Positions 48,125 to 57,681 of a stretch of 64,000 nucleotides of DNA are shown piece by piece; positions within the stretch are counted from its first letter, which is position 1; every line of letters starts with the position of its first letter. Source of the stretch: Minisyncoccota bacterium. Its GTDB lineage: Bacteria; Patescibacteriota; Minisyncoccia; Phycocordibacterales; UBA2100. The position numbers were made by a program, and so were the translations under genes. The notes under the pieces were generated by a model. That model searched no databases. It worked only from the letters and a program-made list of their open reading frames with translations, and was not told the origin of the DNA. The stretch is taken from positions 2,845 through 66,844 of the forward strand of contig JAYWCB010000010.1 in the NCBI GenBank assembly GCA_043780835.1. Direction: 5' to 3'.

Positions 48125-49831
48125 CTACATTTTTTCCGGGGCAGGAATACCAAGAATCCAGAGACCGTTTTTGAGAGTGTTTCGAACTGCGTTTACCACA
48201 GCCACTTTGTGCGCAGCCGCTGGCGTGCCGTCGAGAATCTGCTCTTGCGCGTACCAACTGTTATATGCCGAAGCGAGCTCGGTGAGATACGTGGTCACGA
48301 TATGCGGCTCCATAAGAACGGACGCTTGTTCAATAACTTCCGGAAATCGATGCAGGAGGCGTGTGACGAGAGACGGCGGCGCCTGCAGATCAGCGTGCGC
48401 ATGGATGCCCTCTGCTTTTGCCCGCTCTACAATCTGATGTGCGCGAGCGTGGGCATATTGCAGATACGGCCCCGAATCTCCTTCGAGCGAAAGCGCCCGC
48501 TCGCGATCAAAAATAATATCCTTACCGCTCGCCTGCTTAAGAATTTGGAATTTAATAGCGGCGACTGCAACATCATTTGCAAGCTGGTCTTTATCGTCAG
48601 CACGACTCTCCGCTGCGCGCGCCTTTGCAGCACCAGAAAGCTCATCAAGGAGAGCCTCTCCGGTAATAACATCACCGGTGCGGGATGACATTTTTCCAGT
48701 CGGGAGCCGCATCATGCCGTGCGTAATGTGCGTGGTCTTACCCGCGATTCCTGCGAGTTCGGGGATCAGGAGCGCGGCGGCTCGAACCACGCGAAAATAA
48801 TCTTTTTGTTCGGAAGCCGTTACCGTCACGGACACATCCGGAACCCAGCCAAACATGTCATTTTTAGATTTATAGAGTCCGAGTTCTTTTGCCTCATACG
48901 TTGGCAAGCCCTGAGAGGTTATGAATACTCGTGTATGCAATGTCGGATCAACATCTTCTCCCTTGAATACGATAGCGCCGTCGCTCGACATAAAGACCGC
49001 AGGAGTATTTTCTTCTACTATCGTTTTGCCGATCCACCAACAAAGACTTTCATAAAAATAGTAGTCGAAATAATCCTCAGTACCGGTGTGGTTTTGCACC
49101 TTTTCCATACCGACCTGTGCGTAGATTTTTTCGAATGCCGCCTGTGATGACAACAATCCTGTTTTGTAGTGTTCGTTGATGAGTGGATCTTCGCGCGTGT
49201 ACACTTTTTTATTGATGGCATCGATATCCGCCTTGTTGTCTTCGTACAGTTTTGATCCGTACGCATATGCTTCCCCCCACGAAAGTTGGGGCTGCTGCAT
49301 TTTCCCCCAAATGGATTTGGCAACGTGCAGCCCAACATCACCCTGATAGTTCGCGCGCCGCACGTCGGCTCCTGCAAATTCGGACAATCGCGCAACAGAT
49401 TCACCGATAGCATTGCTCATTAAATGACCAATGTGGAACTCCTTGAATGGATTCGGATCGGTGTATTCGAACAGAACCTTCTGATGCGATGGCGCATTTC
49501 TTCCCCACGCTTCATTCGAGGCGTATCCCACGGTTTCGGCAATTTCTTTCGGTGAAAGCGTGACATTGATAAATCCCGGTCCCGCAATCGTAATGGATTC
49601 GATGCCGTCTATTTCGCCTAAAGCCGCCACTATTTTTTCGGCTAGCTCTCGTGGCGGAATACCGGTCTGTTTTGAGTATTTCATCGCGACGCCCGTCGCG
49701 TAGTCACCATGAGAAATATCGAGCGGATACTCGATTTTTATGTCTGTGGCTGCCACTTCGATATCGTAGTTTGCGAGCGCTGCTGCAAGTGCGACACGCA
49801 ATCGATTTGAGATCGCTTCAGGAATTAACAT
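48125..49831 (-). CDS. argS: arginyl-tRNA synthetase
   Basis: ArgRS N-terminal add-1 domain; catalytic core with HIGH-like segment. Confidence 0.85.
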   Translation of the reverse strand: MLIPEAISNRLRVALAAALANYDIEVAATDIKIEYPLDISHGDYATGVAMKYSKQTGIPPRELAEKIVAALGEIDGIESITIAGPGFINVTLSPKEIAETVGYASNEAWGRNAPSHQKVLFEYTDPNPFKEFHIGHLMSNAIGESVARLSEFAGADVRRANYQGDVGLHVAKSIWGKMQQPQLSWGEAYAYGSKLYEDNKADIDAINKKVYTREDPLINEHYKTGLLSSQAAFEKIYAQVGMEKVQNHTGTEDYFDYYFYESLCWWIGKTIVEENTPAVFMSSDGAIVFKGEDVDPTLHTRVFITSQGLPTYEAKELGLYKSKNDMFGWVPDVSVTVTASEQKDYFRVVRAAALLIPELAGIAGKTTHITHGMMRLPTGKMSSRTGDVITGEALLDELSGAAKARAAESRADDKDQLANDVAVAAIKFQILKQASGKDIIFDRERALSLEGDSGPYLQYAHARAHQIVERAKAEGIHAHADLQAPPSLVTRLLHRFPEVIEQASVLMEPHIVTTYLTELASAYNSWYAQEQILDGTPAAAHKVAVVNAVRNTLKNGLWILGIPAPEKM

Positions 49832-49845
49832 GCGGAGATTGTACC

Positions 49846-50481
49846 TTAGGAAGCACTAATGGCGTCCCACACACGCTCATGGATATCTGTTGCAGACTCT
49901 CCTTTTTTACAATCTACCGTTCTCCATGTTTTGTCTTTTGCCCGTCTGTTATACAGGTCGGCGACACGTTTCTGGTATTCCTGATCCTGCTCATGCTGAT
50001 CAAGCGCGTGTCCCGCATCGTCCATATGATCTTTCGCGAGCTCTACCGGGAGCTTGAGGTAAATGACTCGATGCGGTTTCGGAAGACCGAGCTCTTCGAA
50101 CATAATATTTTCAACGAGTTTTATGAAATGGCTACGCGTAGCGCCCTCAACTTTCGCGCCGTGATATGCGATGGTACTTGGCACATAACGGTCAAAAACC
50201 ACAAAGCCAGTCTTCAGAGACTCAACAAGGCCTTCCTTTTGAGTTGCAAAATCGAGGAGGTACGGCATTGCAGAAAGGTATGGCGAAAGATTTTTGAAAT
50301 CGCCGAATTTACCGGAGAGCGCATTTCGAACAACTTTGCCGATCGGTTTTTCGTAGTTTGGGGTCTGCATCAGTTTTACCTGGTGCCCCTGTTTTCGCAG
50401 CCGATCGACAAGCAATTTTGCCTGCGTCGCTTTGCCCGAGCCGTCGATGCCCTCAAATACGATGAGTGTATTGGTCCTCAT
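49846..50481 (-). CDS. tmk: thymidylate kinase
   Basis: LIVFEGIDGSGKATQ P-loop. Start taken at MRTNTL. Confidence 0.85.
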   Translation of the reverse strand: MRTNTLIVFEGIDGSGKATQAKLLVDRLRKQGHQVKLMQTPNYEKPIGKVVRNALSGKFGDFKNLSPYLSAMPYLLDFATQKEGLVESLKTGFVVFDRYVPSTIAYHGAKVEGATRSHFIKLVENIMFEELGLPKPHRVIYLKLPVELAKDHMDDAGHALDQHEQDQEYQKRVADLYNRRAKDKTWRTVDCKKGESATDIHERVWDAISAS

Positions 50482-50508
50482 ATGCGCCAGTATTCCTTTG
50501 AGCGCCTT

Positions 50509-50544
50509 AAAAAGCAACAACCCCTCATATGAGGGGTTGTTGCT
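50509..50544 (-). terminator. intrinsic terminator after rplK
   Basis: gcaacaacccctcatatgaggggttgttgc plus a T-tract on the minus strand. Confidence 0.7.
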
Positions 50545-50558
50545 GGATGTAGGAGTGT

Positions 50559-50987
50559 TTACTTCGTGTCGACGTCGACGCCCATGGATCGGGCAGTTCC
50601 CGCGATGATCTTTTTTGCGTGCTCCAAATCGAGCGCGTTCAAATCTTCCATTTTTTCGGTTGCAATATCCTCGAGCTGTTTCTGAGAAAGCTTTGCGATC
50701 TTGGTTGAATGCGGCTTGTCGGAGCCTTTATCCTTGCCTATTGCCTTGAGGACGAGGCGCGATGCCGGCGGCTTCTTGATGATGAATGTGAATGTTCGGT
50801 CCTTGTAGACGTTCATGACAACCGGAACGATGGTGCCCGCGAGCGGTCGAGTGAGCGTATTGAACTGGTTGACGAATTCACCGATATTGACGCCGGCCGG
50901 GCCGAGCGCCGTACCAACCGGTGGCGCAGGAGTGGCAGCACCCGCTGCAATCTGCAATTTAATGATTTTTGTGATTTCTTTTGCCAT
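50559..50987 (-). CDS. rplK: 50S ribosomal protein L11
   Basis: [35 protein letters not shown]…. Confidence 0.95.
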   Translation of the reverse strand: MAKEITKIIKLQIAAGAATPAPPVGTALGPAGVNIGEFVNQFNTLTRPLAGTIVPVVMNVYKDRTFTFIIKKPPASRLVLKAIGKDKGSDKPHSTKIAKLSQKQLEDIATEKMEDLNALDLEHAKKIIAGTARSMGVDVDTK

Positions 50988-51004
50988 AAATATTTAGTTT
51001 CTGT

Positions 51005-51550
51005 TTATACACGCTGCACCTGATCTGCTTCGAGCTCCACCGGAGTCTCACGCCCGAACATCGGAACTAACACCTTAACCTTTCCGCGCTCTTCGTCAAT
51101 CTCGCCCACTTTTCCTTCCAAGTCTTTGAAGGGTCCGTCGACGATCACCACCGCGTCTCCTTCTGCAAGATCAATCGCGTGGCGAACAGTATCCCCCTCG
51201 GTGCGCTTGAGAATCTTCTCAACTTCCGCCGGCTCGAGCGGCACGGCCTGGTTTGCGGTACCGACGAATCCGGTTACCTGCGGTGTGTTTCGTACCACAC
51301 TCCATGCGTCATCCGTTGCAACCATGTCTACGAGCACATAGCCCGGGAAGATCTTTTCTTTCGTTTCAGTGCGCTTACCGTTTTTAATCTTGATCTTCTT
51401 TTCGGTCGGGACAACGACATTGAAAATCCGGTCACTCATGCCGAATGATTCGACACGCTGGCGAAGATTGCGGGCGACCGCGTCTTCATACCCGGAATAG
51501 GTATGCACCGCGTACCACTGTCGCTCCGTTCCGTATGTTTGTTTTGCCAT
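51005..51550 (-). CDS. nusG: transcription antiterminator NusG
   Basis: WYAVHTYSGYE… NGN domain; KOW domain with GPFKDLEGKV. Confidence 0.9.
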   Translation of the reverse strand: MAKQTYGTERQWYAVHTYSGYEDAVARNLRQRVESFGMSDRIFNVVVPTEKKIKIKNGKRTETKEKIFPGYVLVDMVATDDAWSVVRNTPQVTGFVGTANQAVPLEPAEVEKILKRTEGDTVRHAIDLAEGDAVVIVDGPFKDLEGKVGEIDEERGKVKVLVPMFGRETPVELEADQVQRV

Positions 51551-51574
51551 AGCGAAATGCTGTTATCAATAATA

Positions 51575-51853
51575 TTACTTCTTGCTTGTAGGAATACTGA
51601 AGTCGATCGGAGTCGTGGTTGAGGTGGACGAAGCCACAGGCGTGGTCTGCTGCGTCTTCGAAGCGACGGGCTGCACACCGGCGAGACGCGCAAGCGTCGT
51701 GGTGAATAAGAAGTCGAAAAAGCCCAAATACAGTGCGATGAAAAGTGAAATAGCGATAACGAGCGCCGTGTAGACGGTGGTCTGCGCACGCGTCGGCCAC
51801 GAAACGTGACGGAGTTCTGCCTGTGTTTCTTTGATGTAACTGAGTACGGACAT
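51575..51853 (-). CDS. secE: preprotein translocase SecE (with Thr/Ser-rich C-terminal tail)
   Basis: …KETQAELRHVSWPTRAQT… plus a single TM. Position upstream of nusG. Confidence 0.75.
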   Translation of the reverse strand: MSVLSYIKETQAELRHVSWPTRAQTTVYTALVIAISLFIALYLGFFDFLFTTTLARLAGVQPVASKTQQTTPVASSTSTTTPIDFSIPTSKK

Positions 51854-51921
51854 ACGGTCAATCGGTTAGTTGTGTGGCTAAAAATTAGACATTTTTAAAA
51901 CCCCTTCCGGGGCTTGTATGT

Positions 51922-51949
51922 ATAATATCTCTTTTTAGTGGAGTGTCAA
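51922..51949 (-). promoter_or_regulatory. consensus sigma70-like promoter for secE-nusG-rplK (TTGACA, 16 nt, TATTAT)
   Basis: Minus-sense reading: gaTTGACActccactaaaaagagaTATTATacat. Confidence 0.55.
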
Positions 51950-51987
51950 TCCCTGCGACTTCTCTGCGACGCAGGGATATGCGTGCG

Positions 51988-52278
51988 CTATTTTATGGTG
52001 GTGAGGAATTTCACGAGGGCTTTTGCTTGAGGATTTTTCGAGATCGCATAACACATCATGCGGCCGGACTTTTTTGAGGTCACAATATCGGCACCCGCCA
52101 GAACTGCGAGTTGATGGCTTACTGCCGAGTGCGTCATATCAAGCTCCTCTGCTATATCTTGCACCGCAAGCTCCTTGTGTTTTGCTAATGCAAAGAGAAT
52201 CGATGCGCGGGTTGAGCTTGCAGCTAGTTTTAATAATCGTGCAGCATGCGCGGCGCGCTTTCTTTCGGCAGTTCCCAT
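51988..52278 (-). CDS. ArsR/SmtB family transcriptional regulator
   Basis: …RASILFALAKHKELAVQDIAEELDMTHSAVSHQLAVL…. Confidence 0.7.
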   Translation of the reverse strand: MGTAERKRAAHAARLLKLAASSTRASILFALAKHKELAVQDIAEELDMTHSAVSHQLAVLAGADIVTSKKSGRMMCYAISKNPQAKALVKFLTTIK

Positions 52279-52282
52279 ATAG

Positions 52283-53098
52283 TTATCGAATTTCGTACGT
52301 AATATTTACCTGAGACGTTATTTTGTTCTGTCCCGTCGGAATTTCTGGTGAAGGCGGGGTGGCTGCTGTTGATTTCGCCATAGAATCCATCGCGACACCC
52401 CCGCGTGCATATGCATAGGGCTGGTTGGAGTTTTCACTAAACCCGACGACTCGTACGATCGACACACCGAGAGAGCCGGCGAGCTTCTCCGCTTTCACCT
52501 TTGCGTCTGCGATTGCCTTGTCGCGAGCGTCTGCCTCAAGCTTGTTTTGATCGTCGATAGTGAAAGAAAGTCCCGATACGGTAGACGCGCCGCGAGAACC
52601 TACCCCTGAAAGCAATTCCCCCGCTTTGGTGGTGTCTTTTACTTTCACCGTGAGGGTTTGCGTGACCTCAAAACCGACGAGTTTCTGTGAACCCGGTTGG
52701 CAGTACCCTGTGGAACAAACACCATTGGAATATTCATACTGCGGATTCACATTGTAATCAGTAGTCTGGATGTCTTTTGCAACAACGCCGGCGTTTTTGA
52801 GGTACGCAACAACGTCGTTGTTCTTTTTTGTTGCAGCAGTTTGTGCTGTTGCAACGTCTTTTGCGCGCTCCTGAATCGTGACGCTAAAGGTGGCGGTATC
52901 AGGCACTGCAAACACATCTCCCGTGCCTGACACACTAATCGTATTACTTGCGGAAACTCCGCTTCCGATAAATGCGATACTCTTGAATGCATACATTGTT
53001 GCGGCGAGGAGAAAAAACGCAAGGAGCGCAAGCGCAAGTGTGCCTGCGGTTTTCATCCAGTACGTGGTGCGTGCAATATCCTGTTCTGTTGGAGTCAT
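52283..53098 (-). CDS. SIMPL/DUF541 domain protein (YggE-like), membrane-anchored
   Basis: N-terminal TM. ISVSGTGDVFAVPDTATFSVTI… is typical of DUF541. Confidence 0.6.
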   Translation of the reverse strand: MTPTEQDIARTTYWMKTAGTLALALLAFFLLAATMYAFKSIAFIGSGVSASNTISVSGTGDVFAVPDTATFSVTIQERAKDVATAQTAATKKNNDVVAYLKNAGVVAKDIQTTDYNVNPQYEYSNGVCSTGYCQPGSQKLVGFEVTQTLTVKVKDTTKAGELLSGVGSRGASTVSGLSFTIDDQNKLEADARDKAIADAKVKAEKLAGSLGVSIVRVVGFSENSNQPYAYARGGVAMDSMAKSTAATPPSPEIPTGQNKITSQVNITYEIR

Positions 53099-53162
53099 AA
53101 AAAATGAAGGAAATATTAATTTTTAAACATAGTACCATCCTGACGCTCCGTTCAGGTTGGGC

Positions 53163-53360
53163 TTACATGTTTAAGGTTGCGCTGTAGGTAGAGAGGTACG
53201 AAGGAATAGCAAATATGAGTCCGATGAGGGGTAGTACTACGGCAAGAACAGAAACGATAGCCGCAACGAGGAAGTATTTCCTTGTCTTTTCTGCTGAAAC
53301 GTAGACCATTTCGACCTTCTGTTCTATTGAGTCGATGCGTTTTTTGAGTTCAGGATCCAT
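53163..53360 (-). CDS. small membrane protein
   Basis: Single TM. Confidence 0.3.
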   Translation of the reverse strand: MDPELKKRIDSIEQKVEMVYVSAEKTRKYFLVAAIVSVLAVVLPLIGLIFAIPSYLSTYSATLNM

Positions 53361-53393
53361 ACAGCAAGTATATCAGCCGCCTGTGGGCGGCTT

Positions 53394-54077
53394 TTATGAT
53401 TGTACGTCACCCATAAAGAGACGATATTCGCTTTCGAATGCCCAGATTGAAATCCGGTAGATTCCGTATGTAATAAAAAACGCCGAGGCGATATCAATGG
53501 AATAATGAATATGCCCCATTAATACGATGATAACGAAAAAGAGACACGATCCCATGAAAACGTTTCGGATCCAGAGCACATGTGAATATGCGAGCGCCCC
53601 GAGAAATGTCATACCGGTATGGCCAGAGAAAAACTGATCCGAGCCGAAAAATGCATTCGTAATCGTTGCGCCGAAGTTACTTGCGTAGTGGGCCTCGGGC
53701 GGCCCCAGATGCGTGAGGAGCGTGAAGCCTGATCGTACCAATATGAAGAGTGTCAGTCCGTGCAATACAAACGGAATACTTTTCGGCTGAGAGAGGACAA
53801 TGAGTGTCGCAAACGCAATCACAACGAACGTGCCGTAGACGAAAAATTCGTCAACCTCGAACACCGGGAAGTTTGAAAGTAATAGGTCTTCAACAGCAGG
53901 ACCGGCCTGCACGGTGGCCCGCTCAATCGCCCAGAAATTCACGTACAGGGCACCACAGAGTACGAGCAAAGATACCAAGAGAGAAATTACGTACCCCCGC
54001 GTATGCCACACGGCGCTGTAATCGCGAGCAAGTCGTGAAGCGCTCAACCATGCCGCTGCTGTGGGCGTTGTTGCCAT
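53394..54077 (-). CDS. PAP2-superfamily membrane protein (sphingomyelin-synthase-like)
   Basis: SGHTGMTF and GHIHYSIDI resemble PAP2 motifs 2 and 3. Confidence 0.45.
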   Translation of the reverse strand: MATTPTAAAWLSASRLARDYSAVWHTRGYVISLLVSLLVLCGALYVNFWAIERATVQAGPAVEDLLLSNFPVFEVDEFFVYGTFVVIAFATLIVLSQPKSIPFVLHGLTLFILVRSGFTLLTHLGPPEAHYASNFGATITNAFFGSDQFFSGHTGMTFLGALAYSHVLWIRNVFMGSCLFFVIIVLMGHIHYSIDIASAFFITYGIYRISIWAFESEYRLFMGDVQS

Positions 54078-54097
54078 GAACGAAAGTATACCGCCGC

Positions 54098-54739
54098 GTG
54101 CACCGTGCGCGAACAGTGAACAGGTATACTTTGGCCATGGAATTTGCCTCGCTTACTTCGCTCGTCCTTGCCTATCGCTACTGGATCATCTTTCCTATTG
54201 CTTGCATCGAGGGACCGATCTTTTCGCTGTTTATGGGCACTCTTGCAGCGCTCGGATATTTCGACGTTTTTCTTGCCTACCCTATTTTAGTTGCGGGCGA
54301 CCTTATCCCGGATGCGGTCTTGTACTACATCGGTAAACGGGGCCAACGTTCACGTCTGATTGAAAAGTACGCGAGCAAAATCGGTATCAGCGGTGGAAAC
54401 TTCGCACCAATTGAGCGCATGTGGCACGAACATCCTCGCAAAATGATGGCTTTTGCGAAACTTGCACTCGGGCTTTCGACTCCGCTGTTGGTGTCGGCGG
54501 GGCTTGCCGGAGTAAAACCCCGCATTTTTTTCGGCGTTGCGATTCCCGTAGCACTCGCACAACACGTGGCACTACTGGCCCTTGGTTTCTATTTCGGGAA
54601 TTCGTATGAATTTGTAAAACGATATATGGGACACGCCGAATTTCTTATCATTATGGTTGTTGTGTTCGGATTTCTCTATTACCTCTTTGCGCGACGTATG
54701 AAACGACAATTCTTAAAGAAGGAGAACGCAATGCAATGA
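54098..54739 (+). CDS. dedA: DedA family membrane protein
   Basis: …PIACIEGPIFSLFMGTLAALG…VAGDLIPDAVLYYIGKRG…. Confidence 0.7.
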   Translation: MHRARTVNRYTLAMEFASLTSLVLAYRYWIIFPIACIEGPIFSLFMGTLAALGYFDVFLAYPILVAGDLIPDAVLYYIGKRGQRSRLIEKYASKIGISGGNFAPIERMWHEHPRKMMAFAKLALGLSTPLLVSAGLAGVKPRIFFGVAIPVALAQHVALLALGFYFGNSYEFVKRYMGHAEFLIIMVVVFGFLYYLFARRMKRQFLKKENAMQ

Positions 54740-55866
54740 AAATAGCAATCTGCACTGACATGTACCTGCCGCAGCTCGGCGGCGTTGCGGATTCCGTTGT
54801 GCTACAGGCACGGAGTTTGCGTGGACTCGGGCACGACGTGCGCATATTCGCTGCGCATATGCGTGGCGAGGCAGCCGACCCACTCGTAACGCGTTTTACG
54901 TCGATCGAACTATTCGGTGGTACGTTTTGCATCGTCTCCCCCTTCGGCATTCACACGGCACTCAAAACATATCGCCCGGATGTGATTCACGTGCACTCAT
55001 TCGGCACAATCGGACTCATGGCGCGATACACTGCAAAGAAACTGGGCATTGCGGCGGTCGGCACCAATCACAGCTCTCCCGTTGATTATCTGCATTATTT
55101 TTACTTGGACGCCGAGCCGTTTCGCTCTTTAATTCTGCGATTTGTAGCGTGGTTTTACGGAGGGTTTCATGTAGTTACCACTCCGACGTCGCAACCGATG
55201 GACGTACTCCTGAGCGCCGGCCTGCGGCGCGTTATGACGACGATCATTTCAAATGCAGTCGATGTCGGGGCATTTCGTCATTTTGATGAGAAAGAGACAC
55301 TCCGTGATCGCATCGGTCTCTCGCATCGAGCGGTCCTCGTCTTTGGCAGACTGGCCAAAGAAAAGAATCTCGATCAAGCCCTCAAAGTATTTGCAGAAGT
55401 CCATAAGCGAACAAACGCGCAACTCGTCATCATCGGTGACGGACCCGCACGGGACGAACTCGAGACTCGTGCCCGCTCGCTTGGTATAGCGCAACAGACG
55501 TTTTTCATGGGCCGCCTGTCCGGTGATGCGCTTGTTGCGGCGATCAATGCGTGTGACGTTATGCTCACGACCAGCCGCTCCGAAATACAACCGATGACCA
55601 TTCTGCAAGTGAATATATGCGGCGTGCCCGTTGTCGGCGCACGTGCAGGTGGCGTGCCGGAGTGTATCGATGACGGGGTCTCCGGCTACGTCGTCGATCC
55701 GGAAGACACGAATGCATTCGTAGACCACGTTTCGCGGCTTCTATCGGATCACTCGTTGGCCGAGAAAATGGGAAGGGCTTCGCGTGAGCGCGTTTCCAGA
55801 TTCGATCCGGTAAAAATAGCGCTTCAATGGGAACGACTTTTTCGCACATTACCCGGCGTTATTTGA
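54736..55866 (+). CDS. glycosyltransferase family 4 (GT-B)
   Basis: MKIAICTDMYLPQLGGVADSV… and C-terminal E-x7-E region. ATGA overlap with dedA. Confidence 0.75.
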   Translation: MKIAICTDMYLPQLGGVADSVVLQARSLRGLGHDVRIFAAHMRGEAADPLVTRFTSIELFGGTFCIVSPFGIHTALKTYRPDVIHVHSFGTIGLMARYTAKKLGIAAVGTNHSSPVDYLHYFYLDAEPFRSLILRFVAWFYGGFHVVTTPTSQPMDVLLSAGLRRVMTTIISNAVDVGAFRHFDEKETLRDRIGLSHRAVLVFGRLAKEKNLDQALKVFAEVHKRTNAQLVIIGDGPARDELETRARSLGIAQQTFFMGRLSGDALVAAINACDVMLTTSRSEIQPMTILQVNICGVPVVGARAGGVPECIDDGVSGYVVDPEDTNAFVDHVSRLLSDHSLAEKMGRASRERVSRFDPVKIALQWERLFRTLPGVI

Positions 55867-56371
55867 CGTGGCGATACATAGGCCGAATGCACAACAGATA
55901 CACGTTGGCCAGTGTGAAGAGCCCTGCACCGAACCATGCGGCAGGCAACGCTACGGATGTGCGGGTAAGACCGAGCACAACGACACATAAGGCAGTACCC
56001 AGAAGATCGATGAATATCTTTTTTCGAAGCGTTGCATTGTACGGCGTCTTTCCGAGCAGGTTGGCGTATTTTACGGGAGCAATCGCAAACACAATGAGTG
56101 CGAAAAAAGAAAACGCGAGCGGCGTCCCGATTGAAAGACCCAAAGCGATGTACGCAACCATGAGCGCGAGGTCGATTGCAGTTTGAATGATAGACGTAGG
56201 TGTCCACGCGCTATAAAAACGGACCGAGAAATACGTATTAATGGTGAGCACTGTATAAAAAAGTGCATTCGGCAGGGTGAATTGCGATACCGTATCGTGA
56301 AAAAACAAAGACGAGATCCCGACGATAGAAAAGAGGATTGTTGCGGCGAGTGCGCGAATTGCAGGCGTCAT
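55859..56371 (-). CDS. polytopic membrane protein
   Basis: 5 TM-like segments. Confidence 0.4.
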   Translation of the reverse strand: MTPAIRALAATILFSIVGISSLFFHDTVSQFTLPNALFYTVLTINTYFSVRFYSAWTPTSIIQTAIDLALMVAYIALGLSIGTPLAFSFFALIVFAIAPVKYANLLGKTPYNATLRKKIFIDLLGTALCVVVLGLTRTSVALPAAWFGAGLFTLANVYLLCIRPMYRHVK

Positions 56372-56373
56372 AT

Positions 56374-57087
56374 TTATCGGATGTCTTTATACTGTTCGTG
56401 GTACGGACGACCAAATAATACCGGCCACCAGAAATTGAGTATGTAGTTCATATTCGTGCGGAAATATCCCTCAGCTGCAAAGCGCCGCATCGACGTGATG
56501 ATGTAAAAATCCATTCTGAATACCGTCTTCCCCTGCGTATGCAATCGTTTTGCGAGCGTCATATCCTCTCCGTAAAATACAACGTCCGGATCAAAACCAC
56601 CGATCGCCTCCATCGCGCTTCGACGCACGATAAAATTTGCGCCGAATAGCATGTAACCGATTGCTCGATACATGAGCGGTGCGCTCGCCCACCATCCGAG
56701 ACTGAGCTGCAATCGCCAGAGCATGGACGGCGCATCGAAATATTTTGCCGGGCCACTCCACGAGACGCCGTTCGGATAGCGCGCAATAAGCCGCTCAGCA
56801 GTGCTGTACCACTGCGCAGGCAATCGACAGTCCGCGTCAATATATGCGACGAACTCACTGGTCGTTGCTTCTAGTCCTGCCTGCCGCGCTTTGGTGAGCC
56901 CTTTATCTGTGACCTGCACTATGCGTACGCGCGGATAGCGTCGTACAATTTCTGCAGTCTCATCGGTGGATGCGTTGTCTATGACGACGATTTCCTTGAA
57001 ACGTGCAGCGTGCGCAACCACCGAATCGAGGCACGGTCCGATGTACTTCGCCTCGTTATGAGCGGGAATTACCAGAGAAATTTCCAT
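56374..57087 (-). CDS. glycosyltransferase family 2
   Basis: SLVIPAHNEAKYI…IDNASTDET…YIDADC. Start taken at MEISLVIPAHNE. Confidence 0.8.
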   Translation of the reverse strand: MEISLVIPAHNEAKYIGPCLDSVVAHAARFKEIVVIDNASTDETAEIVRRYPRVRIVQVTDKGLTKARQAGLEATTSEFVAYIDADCRLPAQWYSTAERLIARYPNGVSWSGPAKYFDAPSMLWRLQLSLGWWASAPLMYRAIGYMLFGANFIVRRSAMEAIGGFDPDVVFYGEDMTLAKRLHTQGKTVFRMDFYIITSMRRFAAEGYFRTNMNYILNFWWPVLFGRPYHEQYKDIR

Positions 57088-57149
57088 ATTGGACGACGTA
57101 ACCTTCATAGTACACAACTACATACACCGATATTTCATTTTTCGCCAGT

Positions 57150-57547
57150 CTGGGCGGCTATAGATCAATGGGTGAAGCGCCCGCGTTTTTGAATTATTTT
57201 GGGCAGTAGGTCACGGTCAAGCGCTCGATCCTGCGCCGTCGCGCAGAATCTCCGCCTGACCACGCGCGGGCATCCCCGCGTACTCGCGGGGCCCCAGCCC
57301 TTGCTTTCGATTCCCTGTAGCCGTCCACAAAATAAAATTCATCAACGCTTCGCGTTTTTGAATTATTTTGGGCGGCTACAAGTGAATAGGCCAAGCGCTC
57401 GAAATGTTGCCGTCGCAACATTTCTCCGCTCGGCCCTGCTCACGTCGTCCCGCCTGCTGGCGGGTCCCGCGACGCTCGCTTTCGATTCCCGATAGCCTGC
57501 ACCAAAAAGCATATTACAGAAACGCTGCGCGTTTCTTCCATTGTTTT
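57150..57547. repeat. tandem array (about 2.5 units of about 175 bp) next to tRNA-His. Each unit carries a tRNA-His 3'-end copy (tgggcggctacag), hairpins H1 (GC-CGTC-GC) and H2, and an inverted copy of the tRNA T-arm/acceptor (ttcgattccctgtagccg)
   Basis: Direct reading. Direct repeats at 57152, 57201 (degenerate), 57369 and 57548. Covarying hairpin stems between units. Confidence 0.7.
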
Positions 57548-57622
57548 TGGGCGGCTACAGGGAATCGAACCCTGATCGAGAGCTCCACAAGCTCCAGTGT
57601 TAACCGTTACACCATAGTCGCC
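57548..57622 (-). tRNA. tRNA-His (anticodon GUG) with encoded G-1
   Basis: Cloverleaf folds with D-stem GTGT/ACAC, anticodon arm GGAGC-TTGTGGA-GCTCT, T-arm CAGGG-TTCGATT-CCCTG. Confidence 0.8.
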
Positions 57623-57681
57623 ATCTCCTCTAACAATTGATTTATAGCAGAATCAAGCCCGCAGCGCGAACGCGTATGCAC

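Noticed and set aside
57150-57547. CRISPR array
   Set aside because: Units are about 175 bp with internal hairpins and tRNA-end copies. They are not 25-40-bp repeats separated by unique spacers.
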